Assembly (NCBI GenBank): GCA_003599865.1 | Contig: QZKS01000095.1 | Coordinates: 55,248 to 79,247, forward strand | Reading direction: 5' to 3' | DNA from: Desulfobacteraceae bacterium | GTDB taxonomy: Bacteria > Desulfobacterota > Desulfobacteria > Desulfobacterales > SURF-7 | DNA length: 24,000 nucleotides | Part shown: one piece after another, positions 17,076 to 24,000 of the stretch | Layout of the letters: every line of letters starts with the position of its first letter | Position numbering within the stretch: the first letter of the stretch is position 1 | The notes under the pieces: model-generated | Database searches by the model: none | Told to the model about the DNA's origin: nothing | What the model saw: the letters and a program-made list of their open reading frames with translations, nothing else | Program-made: the position numbers and the translations under genes

Positions 17076-18116
17076 TCACACTATGGTGATAAAACCATCC
17101 GGATGGTCCCCGGTGATTTCTCCGATGATGGCAGCGGTTATACCCTGATCCTTCATGGCTTTGAGACATTCTCCGGACTGTTTTGGGGGGATGGAGATCA
17201 AAAGGCCACCGGATGTCTGAGGATCAAAAATCAGATCCGAAAATACCTGCTTTACAGAGGAATCGACCCGGATATTCGGTTCACAAAAGGTTCGATTGTG
17301 ATAGGTTCCGGCAGGAATCAGGCCCATGGTTGCATATTCGACCGCCTGGGGAATAAACGATATGCTGCCGGTATCCAGACGGATCTGTTTCCGGCTTCCT
17401 TTTGCCATCTCCAGAAGATGACCGGCCAGTCCGAATCCGGTGATGTCGGTACAGGCAGACGGGGAAAACAAAAGCATGATTTCCGCAGCTTTCTTGTTCA
17501 GCGTTGCGGCGACAGCAACCAGCGTGCGGATTGTCTGTTGATCCGCAATTTTACCTTTGATGGCTGTTGCAAGGACTCCTGTGCCGATGGGTTTTGTAAG
17601 AATCAGATGGTCTCCGACCTTGGCCTTACAATTGGTCAGGACCTTATCGGGATGGATCAGACCGGTGACGGACAGTCCATATTTCAGCTCCCGGTCATCC
17701 ACGCTGTGTCCGCCGGCCAGAACCGCGCCGGATTCGTTGATTTTTTCCAGTCCGCCTTCCAGAATTTCCTGTAAAACGGTTTTCGGCATGTCTTCAATGG
17801 GAAAACAGACAATATTCATGGCCGTAATCGGTCTTCCGCCCATGGCATACACATCACTCAACGCATTGCCGGCGGCAATCCGTCCGAAATCAAACGGAGA
17901 ATCGATGATCGGTGTCAGGAAATCAAGCGTTTGAATCAGGGCAATGTCCGGGCTGATGCGAAAGACACCGGCATCATCCGCATGATCGAAACCGACAATC
18001 AGATCCGGATGTTTTTGTATTTTCAGATTTTTGAGAACCGAGTCCAGGACCCCTGGACTGAGTTTCGCCGCTCAGCCGGATGCCCGGACTTTTTCGGTTA
18101 ATGGTATTTCGATCAT
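17076..18116 (-). CDS. selD: selenide, water dikinase (selenophosphate synthetase), selenocysteine-containing
   Basis: The track ORF 17076-17861 (DVYAMGGRPITAMNIV..., AIRS-type domains) continues in frame upstream with only one interruption, a TGA at 18074-18072. The N-terminus reads MIEIPLTEKVRASG-U-AAKLSPGVLDSVLKNL...GFDHADDAGVFRI...TLDFLTPIIDSPFDFGRIAAGNALSDVYAMGG. The U falls in the glycine-rich Cys/Sec active-site loop of SelD. The full length of 346 aa is typical for SelD. Confidence 0.9.
18041..18074 (-). promoter_or_regulatory. in-frame UGA (18074-18072) plus SECIS-like hairpin (18059-18041)
   Basis: The mRNA reads UGA GCGGCGAAACUC AGUCCAGG-GGU-CCUGGACU. This is a perfect 8-bp stem starting 12 nt after the UGA, with a G/U-containing apical loop. 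That matches what is expected for a bacterial SelB-binding SECIS. Confidence 0.6.
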
Positions 18117-18117
18117 G

Positions 18118-18909
18118 TTAACTCCCGTTGGACCCGGTTTTAAGTCCGATTGCACCGGCAAAACGGCCGGTGATTTTTTGACTGCGGTATGAAAAAAACA
18201 GATCACTGCGGCATTTGGTACACAAACCGCTGATATGGATATTGTTCGCTCTGATCCCTGCCTCTTGCAACTGGTCGCGGCTCAATTCCCAGAAGTCAAA
18301 ATGGTTTTCGGTTTTCTGATATTTCCAGAACGATTCGGGGATTTCCTTTCGGTAATGAATAAATTCAGCACAACAAGGTCCCAGTGAAGGCCCGATTCCG
18401 GCAATGATTTGTTCCGGGTCGCAATCAAAATGATCTGCCATGGATGAAACGGTTTTACCGATGATATTCCGGAGACTGCCGCGCCAGCCGGAATGAACGG
18501 CCGCGACCACTTTCTGACCCGGATCAAACAAGAGGACCGGCTGGCAGTCTGCCACCTGGACCACGAGCATTTTCCCCAGGATGTTCGTAATCATCGCATC
18601 GCCGGTTTTTTCATCATGGATTGCCGGGCCGTTCTTCTGATCTTTTTTCAGACAAACAATATCCGAACCATGCACCTGACGGATAAACACCAGCTCATTT
18701 CCATCAAAGTATCTGGAAATTGCACGACGATTTCCGGCGGTGTCCGTCGGATCATCTCCGACGGTGGTGCTGATATTCAAACCCTGAAAAGGGCCTTTGC
18801 TGAATCCGGACAGGCGGGTAAACACACCATGATGGATTTCCGTATAACCGTTTAGATTGGGAAACCGATAAACGGTCAGGCTGTTTTGTTCCGAAAATTC
18901 AGATTCCAT
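18118..18909 (-). CDS. pgeF: peptidoglycan editing factor PgeF (YfiH/DUF152, laccase-domain protein)
   Basis: Motifs RQVHGSDIV, TGDAMITN, VQVADCQPVLLFDP, VAAVHSGWRGSL and IGPSLGPCCAEF. AAGGGGA lies 5 nt upstream of the ATG at 18909. The stop is 1 nt before the selD ATG. Confidence 0.9.
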   Translation of the reverse strand: MESEFSEQNSLTVYRFPNLNGYTEIHHGVFTRLSGFSKGPFQGLNISTTVGDDPTDTAGNRRAISRYFDGNELVFIRQVHGSDIVCLKKDQKNGPAIHDEKTGDAMITNILGKMLVVQVADCQPVLLFDPGQKVVAAVHSGWRGSLRNIIGKTVSSMADHFDCDPEQIIAGIGPSLGPCCAEFIHYRKEIPESFWKYQKTENHFDFWELSRDQLQEAGIRANNIHISGLCTKCRSDLFFSYRSQKITGRFAGAIGLKTGSNGS

Positions 18910-21430
18910 TTTTTTCCCCTTTTTTCAGCCAGCCTGTTTCCGGAGAAAAAGATTCCCATTCGGGTTTGTGCATGGTGTTGTAAACCACGGTAAACATAAG
19001 AGACAGAATATCATATACGGTCAATTTTACATACGGTTCGTCCAGTTGGGAACAAAAATCTTGTAATACCATATTGTGGTATTTCAAATGTTCAAGAGCC
19101 TGAAGGACCTTGAGCTGTTCCGCCTTGTCCTGTGCCATCGAACCGTTTTGTTCTTTCCGTTTTGATTTCAGCGCAAGAATTTGTTTGTAAGGGGCTGTGA
19201 TCAATTGTTGACGGTCCTGATCACCGGAAAATGCGGTCTGGGATTGAATATACTGTTGAATGGTGTTGATCAGTTCCTGATTTGTCTGAAACACTTCTCT
19301 TCGAAACAGGGTCTTTACCGTTTCAGGCAGTTTCAGTTTCAGAGACTGCAGATCAGATGCATTTTTGTGGATCCGGGTGGTGAAATCTTCAGCGGCGCGT
19401 CGCCAGAACATCCGGCTGATCTCTTTAATGATTGTCTCCGGTTTTTTCTTGTTCGCCACGGCTTGATGGATGGTTTTGACAATGTTTGGAAGCAGTTTGC
19501 CTGTATTTTGAAACAGTGTTTTTCCCATTGTCGTTTTATAGATCATTCCAATGGTTGCCTGCCAGTCCTGAAGGTGCAGGATACGCGGCAGATTATGGTA
19601 AACCAGTGACAGCGTCCGGTTGTCAAACAGATGAGTGGGGGTTGCATAGTTCGGTGTCCCCCCAAGCTGAGGCTGGGGAATTTTTCGTTCATTCGAATCA
19701 TCATAATCCACGGCGGTTTCCACATCGATCAGACCGATGCTGAATTTTTCAACGGAAGTCAGGAATTGGGGATATTCCGTTGGTTCGCCGGCAACCAGCA
19801 GGTTGTCCGGCTTGAGGTCCCGCATGGCAATTTTCTTTTCCCCCAGCCAGGAAAGCAGCGTGAGGAGGTTTATGGAGATGTTTTCCAATTGCGAACGGCT
19901 CCGGGCAAAGCTGATATTGCGAACATATTTGAGGACCACCTTTTTATACAGGGCTATTTCCTTTGCGTTCCGTTGAAACAGTTCATCTGCAAGCTTGTCT
20001 ATGTGATCCGCCAGTACGGGAGAAACAAGTTTTTCATCAGGTTTGATGGTATTTCCGGCCAGGTATAATAAATACCAGTTCTTGATTTGATACGGCGGTA
20101 CGGAAACCGGAGGATCCTGTGCCATCAGCCGGTTCCGGATTTCTGTTTCAAAATCCGTATGGATTTCCTGCATCTTATCGCAGATTTTGGCGGTCGACAG
20201 CCCATACCGTCCGGAAAATCCTTGCAAATCCCATATGATACCCGGATTGCGGAGGATTTCTTCATTTGCTTTCTGGCCCAGATCATGAAGGTTATCCAGG
20301 ATATGACCCAGGAAAAAATATTTTGAAAGATCCATGAAAAAAACAAAGCTTCCTCCTATTTTCAGATATTCCTGAAGGGCAGGGCGTTTTTCAAGAAGAC
20401 GGATATATTTTTCTTCCAGTTTTTCCGGAGCGATATTGTCCCCTCCCGGAAAGGTATAGACCCTTTGCAGGATGACGGAGATTTTGGGAACAATGCACTG
20501 TTTGGGGGCGAGTTTGTCTACAATGCGGCCGTCACTTTTAATGGAGTCGATATACCCCTGAAAATCATTCAGGGGTTTGGGGGGGATTTTGATGACCATA
20601 TGCACATCATAAATGACATAAAAGCATTTGCTTTTGCTGCCGCTTTCTTCACCAAGGGGGCCGATGCTCATTCTTCGTTTGACCCATTCCCCATTGTGCA
20701 GGATGCGCAGTTGATAGATCCGGTTGGATCCGATGGTTCTGGCCTCGACCGGAAACAGCTCCGCCGGCGCATCCGGCCCTGCCCCTGTCTGGAGTCGGAA
20801 TAAATCAAGGAAAAATCTTGCGATTCGGAGCGTGTCTGAAATATCCTGTTCTTCCTCTTTCTTTTTTTGAACAGCAACACCGGATTCCCGACTTTTTTTT
20901 TCGTTTGGGATCTTTCTTTTCTGTTTCTTATGGTCGGCAAATCGCCTGCGTACAACAAGATAAACTACCGGAATGAGGATGAGAAGAGGCAGCCATGATA
21001 AGTTCTTTTGGAAAATTTTTGCAAACCCGTCCTGTATCCGGTTTGCGTCCGTTTTATCGGATGGAATGAGGTTTTTGAATTTCTCTTTTGCAAGGGTTGC
21101 ATAACCGGACAGGTACTTCTCTCCGTTGGTTGTTTCCGTGGCATCACCATAGCCGATATATTCCACATCCTCCTTGGGCAGCACCTTGGTGATGCCGTCC
21201 TGCCGATAATAAACCAGTTTTTCCCCATCCGTTATTTCTTCAGCGATAATGATACGCGTGTCCTTTAAATAGAGAATGTCTTTTTGAGTCTTCCATTCAT
21301 AGCGCAGAAACAACAGGGCGCTTGTGGTGATGATTCCAAGAATCAGAAACAGCAGAAATAGAGTGCTTTTTTTTATCATGGTTCCGGGGTTGTTGTTTTC
21401 TCGTCTGTTGATGATGCCAATGCAGGTCAT
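18899..21430 (-). CDS. membrane-anchored divergent Ser/Thr-type (eukaryotic-like) protein kinase with large insertion
   Basis: Two TM helices (aa 22-42 and 145-160) flank a roughly 100-aa extracytoplasmic segment. Kinase-fold motifs: G-rich loop GPLGEESGS, beta3 Lys in MVIKIP (K281), catalytic loop MRDLKPDNLLV (D538, N543), Mg-binding IDVE (D569) in place of DFG, and GTPNYATPT in place of GTxxYxAPE. An alternative start is MIKKSTLF at 21379. The gene overlaps the pgeF start by 11 nt. Confidence 0.7.
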   Translation of the reverse strand: MTCIGIINRRENNNPGTMIKKSTLFLLFLILGIITTSALLFLRYEWKTQKDILYLKDTRIIIAEEITDGEKLVYYRQDGITKVLPKEDVEYIGYGDATETTNGEKYLSGYATLAKEKFKNLIPSDKTDANRIQDGFAKIFQKNLSWLPLLILIPVVYLVVRRRFADHKKQKRKIPNEKKSRESGVAVQKKKEEEQDISDTLRIARFFLDLFRLQTGAGPDAPAELFPVEARTIGSNRIYQLRILHNGEWVKRRMSIGPLGEESGSKSKCFYVIYDVHMVIKIPPKPLNDFQGYIDSIKSDGRIVDKLAPKQCIVPKISVILQRVYTFPGGDNIAPEKLEEKYIRLLEKRPALQEYLKIGGSFVFFMDLSKYFFLGHILDNLHDLGQKANEEILRNPGIIWDLQGFSGRYGLSTAKICDKMQEIHTDFETEIRNRLMAQDPPVSVPPYQIKNWYLLYLAGNTIKPDEKLVSPVLADHIDKLADELFQRNAKEIALYKKVVLKYVRNISFARSRSQLENISINLLTLLSWLGEKKIAMRDLKPDNLLVAGEPTEYPQFLTSVEKFSIGLIDVETAVDYDDSNERKIPQPQLGGTPNYATPTHLFDNRTLSLVYHNLPRILHLQDWQATIGMIYKTTMGKTLFQNTGKLLPNIVKTIHQAVANKKKPETIIKEISRMFWRRAAEDFTTRIHKNASDLQSLKLKLPETVKTLFRREVFQTNQELINTIQQYIQSQTAFSGDQDRQQLITAPYKQILALKSKRKEQNGSMAQDKAEQLKVLQALEHLKYHNMVLQDFCSQLDEPYVKLTVYDILSLMFTVVYNTMHKPEWESFSPETGWLKKGEKNGI

Positions 21431-21557
21431 ATATCTGTATTTTAAGATTTATGTCAAATGATAATCCATCCGGTTCCGACTTTTTACAGGCATATCGGAT
21501 TCCTATGTCAATACCTTATCCTGCCTGGTAAAGAGCTTATATCCGATGGGCTTTACA

Positions 21558-21586
21558 TTGACATTTACATTTGAAAAAGATATTCT
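21558..21586 (+). promoter_or_regulatory. candidate sigma70 promoter of lexA-imuB-dnaE2
   Basis: TTGACA (21558-21563), a 17-nt spacer, then TATTCT (21581-21586). It lies about 125 nt upstream of the lexA ATG cluster. Confidence 0.45.
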
Positions 21587-21712
21587 GCCGGATATCGCAA
21601 TCACGACAGATACCATAAAGCGCGATCTTTCGGGATGAAACGTTTTGAGCTTCGGAAATCCGGGGTGCCAATACATGACAGGAAGATGGCCGGATCTCAG
21701 AAAACGGAAGGA

Positions 21713-22390
21713 ATGATGATGGATGAATTGACGCCCAGACAGCAATTGTTTTTTAATTATCTGGAAAGAGAAATCTCCCATACCGGCAAGGCGCCGAGTT
21801 TACGTCAGGCCGCTTCCGATATGGGCGTGAGCCATGCGGCTGTTTCCCAGCTGATGAAGATGCTGGAAGCAAAGGGAATGCTCAGACGGGATGGATTTTA
21901 CAGCCGCAAGATCGTTCTCCTGAACCGTTTTCAGAAGACCGCAGGCCGGATGCGCTGGCGGGAAGTGCCGGTGATCGGGGACATTGCTGCCGGATTACCC
22001 CTGTATGCCCAGCAGGAATGGGCCGGCAGCGTGGTTCTGGATGCGGATATCTATCGGGGCAACAACCTGTTTGCATTGAAGGTCCGGGGGGATTCCATGA
22101 AAAATGCGGCAATTCTGGATGGTGATATCGTCGTCTGTGAGCCGCGACAATTTGCGTCCAACCATGAGATCGTCGTTGCCTTAATTCATCAGGAAGAGGC
22201 AACCGTCAAGCGGTTCTTTTTGAAGGAAAACCGGATTGAACTGCATCCGGAAAATCCGGAGTTTACGGCCATGTCCTATGCATTTGACGAGGTGCTGATC
22301 CAGGGGAAGGTCGTCGGGGTCCAGCGGGGACCGGAGGTCATGGAAAAAATATGTGGGACATATGTATTGAAGAAGTCCGGGAAGGCCTGA
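21713..22390 (+). CDS. lexA: LexA repressor (S24 peptidase)
   Basis: N-terminal wHTH (LTPRQQLFFNYLEREISHTGKAPSLRQAASDMGVSHAAVSQLMKMLEAKGML). The Ala-Gly cleavage site is in VIGDIAAGLP. The catalytic Ser is in VRGDSM and the catalytic Lys in ATVKRF. The start is one of three tandem ATGs at 21713-21721, preceded by GGAAGGA. The track start at 21635 adds 26 unlikely residues. Confidence 0.9.
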   Translation: MMMDELTPRQQLFFNYLEREISHTGKAPSLRQAASDMGVSHAAVSQLMKMLEAKGMLRRDGFYSRKIVLLNRFQKTAGRMRWREVPVIGDIAAGLPLYAQQEWAGSVVLDADIYRGNNLFALKVRGDSMKNAAILDGDIVVCEPRQFASNHEIVVALIHQEEATVKRFFLKENRIELHPENPEFTAMSYAFDEVLIQGKVVGVQRGPEVMEKICGTYVLKKSGKA

Positions 22391-22402
22391 AAGTCGGATA
22401 AC

Positions 22403-23587
22403 ATGCCGTCACGATCTATTATCCATCTGAATGTGGCTGATTTTGCCGTAGCGGTGGAGCGTCAGGTAGACTCCCGTTTGCGGAACCGGCCGGTGATCAT
22501 TGCTCCGCAAGCGGCGGTCCGGGCCGCGGTGTATGATATGAGTGAGGAAGCATACCGGCAAGGGGTCCGCAAGGGAATGTCTTTAAAGACCGCCCTTCGT
22601 TACTGTTCCGGCGCCAGGGTGCTGGCCCCGCATCCGGATCGGTATGGGCAGGTCATGATGCAATGCTTCCGGAGGGTCTTGCCTTACTCTCCGCTGGCGG
22701 AACTTACGGATCATAAGGGGCATATTTTTGTGGATGTCACGGGGAGCAGTCGATTGTTCGGACCGCCGCCGGATATTGCCCGGCGCATTCAAAAGGCGTT
22801 TCGTTCGGAGATGGGGCTGGATCCGATCTGGTCGGTGGCAACCAACAAGCTGGTGGCCAAGGTGGCCACCCGTCTGGTCAAACCATCCGGAGAATACATT
22901 GTCCGGGAAGGGGAGGAAGCCTGTTTTTTAAAACCGCTTCCCTTATATCTTGTGCCGGGTATATTACCGGAAGATCTGAAGCAGTTCGGAGAATTCAACC
23001 TGTCAATTGCCGGCCAGGTTGCCGGACTCACCCTGGAGCAGCTGGAGCTGATTTTTGGAAGACGCAGTCAGGGTTTGTACAATCTTGTCCGCGGGATCGA
23101 CCTGTCGCCGGTTCAATCCATTGACCGGAAACAAAAGGCGATCAGTTTTGATCATGAGTTTGGTATCGATACCGGCCAGGTGTCTGTGATGGAAGCGGTG
23201 CTGTACGTTCTGGTGGAAAAGATCGGTTCCCAGCTCCGCAGGCAGGGGCTTTCCGCAAAACGGTTCGGGTTGATCCTGGATTATTCGGATGGCAAGCGGG
23301 TTGTCCGGCAGGCGGTTGTCAAGCCTCCTGCGGCGGATGATTTTTCGTTGTTCTTCGCGGCAAAGCTTGCCCTGCAAAGAGCCTGGACCCGCCGCGTCCG
23401 GATCCGGCACATGACGCTCCGTTGTGACCGGCTTGGATCAGGATCATCACAACTGGATCTTTTTGCCGAATCCCGGGCGGAAAAGGAAAAAAAAGAACAG
23501 TTGATGTGCGCCATGGACCGGATTCGTCAGCGGTTCGGGAACGGTTCGGTCCGGATGGGGCGCGTACTTTCCCTGGATGCGGTATGA
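22403..23587 (+). CDS. imuB: ImuB-type catalytically inactive Y-family DNA polymerase
   Basis: DinB-like fold (IIHLNVADFAVAVE..., FVDVTGS, ATNKLVAKVATRLVKPSG). The positions of the DinB catalytic carboxylates are replaced: D-x-D becomes N-x-A, and the DE before YLDVT becomes GH. The gene sits between lexA and dnaE2. Confidence 0.8.
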   Translation: MPSRSIIHLNVADFAVAVERQVDSRLRNRPVIIAPQAAVRAAVYDMSEEAYRQGVRKGMSLKTALRYCSGARVLAPHPDRYGQVMMQCFRRVLPYSPLAELTDHKGHIFVDVTGSSRLFGPPPDIARRIQKAFRSEMGLDPIWSVATNKLVAKVATRLVKPSGEYIVREGEEACFLKPLPLYLVPGILPEDLKQFGEFNLSIAGQVAGLTLEQLELIFGRRSQGLYNLVRGIDLSPVQSIDRKQKAISFDHEFGIDTGQVSVMEAVLYVLVEKIGSQLRRQGLSAKRFGLILDYSDGKRVVRQAVVKPPAADDFSLFFAAKLALQRAWTRRVRIRHMTLRCDRLGSGSSQLDLFAESRAEKEKKEQLMCAMDRIRQRFGNGSVRMGRVLSLDAV

Positions 23588-24000
23588 TTCTCCTTTCCAT
23601 GCATTCCTGTTATTCCCTGATGTGGGGAACGGCTTCTCCGGAAGAGATCTGCAAAGCGGCAAAAGCAATGGGATATCGGCGGATCGCCCTGACCGACATC
23701 AACAACCTGTATGGCCTGTTCCCTTTTCTGCGGGCATGCCGGCAGGAAGGGCTGATACCCATTATCGGGGCTGAAATGATTGATCCGGGTTCCGGTGAAC
23801 GGGCGGTCTGCCTGGTGGAAAACAGCCGGGGATATAAAAACCTCTGCCGCCTGATCACACGCCGCCATACCGATATTGATTTTCATCTGAAAACAACCCT
23901 TCCGGTCTATTCCGAGGGTCTGGCGGTGCTTGTCCGTACCCCGGAGCTGCTTCGGGATTTTTTTGAATCCGGTGTAACCGTTGCCGCCGCGCTTTCCGGG
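23584..24000 (+). CDS. dnaE2: error-prone DNA polymerase DnaE2 (N-terminal PHP domain; runs off the window)
   Basis: Absent from the ORF track because there is no stop in the window. The ATG at 23584 overlaps the imuB stop (ATGA). Translation reads MILLSMHSCYSLMWGTASPEEICKAAKAMGYRRIALTDINNLYGLFPFLRACRQEGLIPIIGAEM... This aligns with the PHP N-terminus of Pol III alpha/DnaE2 (VHSDYS...ALAITD...GIKPIVGAE). The frame stays open to position 24000. Confidence 0.8.
   Translation, partial: MILLSMHSCYSLMWGTASPEEICKAAKAMGYRRIALTDINNLYGLFPFLRACRQEGLIPIIGAEMIDPGSGERAVCLVENSRGYKNLCRLITRRHTDIDFHLKTTLPVYSEGLAVLVRTPELLRDFFESGVTVAAALSG

Noticed and set aside
16965-17774. 269-aa plus-strand ORF
   Set aside because: It lies entirely antisense to the well-supported selD gene. 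The composition is low-complexity and rich in Gly, Arg and Cys, with no recognisable motifs. It is a typical shadow ORF.
21503-21781. 92-aa minus-strand ORF across the lexA promoter and start
   Set aside because: It is antisense to the lexA 5' region, His-rich and low-complexity, with no SD. It is a shadow ORF.
1-24000. Search for CRISPR arrays, IS/transposase or integrase genes, tRNA or rRNA genes, toxin-antitoxin pairs and long repeats
   Set aside because: I could see no regularly spaced direct repeats, terminal inverted repeats, tRNA-like T-arm motifs, or small paired ORFs. All sizeable ORFs are accounted for by housekeeping-type genes. A computational repeat or tRNA scan would be needed to exclude them formally.

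Overview
This window looks like a densely packed chromosomal region made up mostly of housekeeping genes. I support 25 protein-coding genes on both strands. I saw no rRNA, tRNA, CRISPR array, IS element, integrase or prophage signature. No database search was possible, so all calls rest on motifs read from the translations.

Gene order, left to right:
- alpha/beta hydrolase (partial, runs off the left edge)
- CaCA Na+/Ca2+ antiporter
- an exported LIM-zinc-finger / DA1-like metallopeptidase
- a co-directional trio: COG2509-type FAD protein, DUF2177 membrane protein, NDH-2-like flavoprotein
- parvulin PPIase
- nth, head-to-head with a PP-loop ATPase gene
- an acidic lipoprotein plus outer-membrane beta-barrel pair
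- plsC-family acyltransferase
- nagZ and mltG
- a stand-alone atpZ-atpI-atpB-atpE F0 module
- an operon-like run of a divergent membrane kinase, pgeF and selD
- a lexA-imuB-dnaE2 SOS mutagenesis cassette (dnaE2 runs off the right edge)

Three real genes are missing or truncated in the supplied ORF track:
- the edge-truncated hydrolase
- the edge-truncated dnaE2
- selD, whose first 85 codons are lost because codon 15 is an in-frame UGA (selenocysteine) followed by a SECIS-like hairpin

Several track ORFs have over-extended N-termini: nagZ, mltG, atpB, atpZ, lexA, the OMP gene and the DUF2177 gene.

The candidates I consider most worth follow-up:
- the bacterial LIM/DA1-like peptidase
- the atypical insert-containing kinase coupled to pgeF and selD
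- the acidic lipoprotein/OMP pair
- the lexA promoter, which has no LexA box that I recognise

I found no convincing evidence for a multi-gene novel system such as a defence island. The split F0 operon and the Sec-type selD are reminiscent of Desulfobacterota-like anaerobes, but the taxon cannot be established from this sequence alone.
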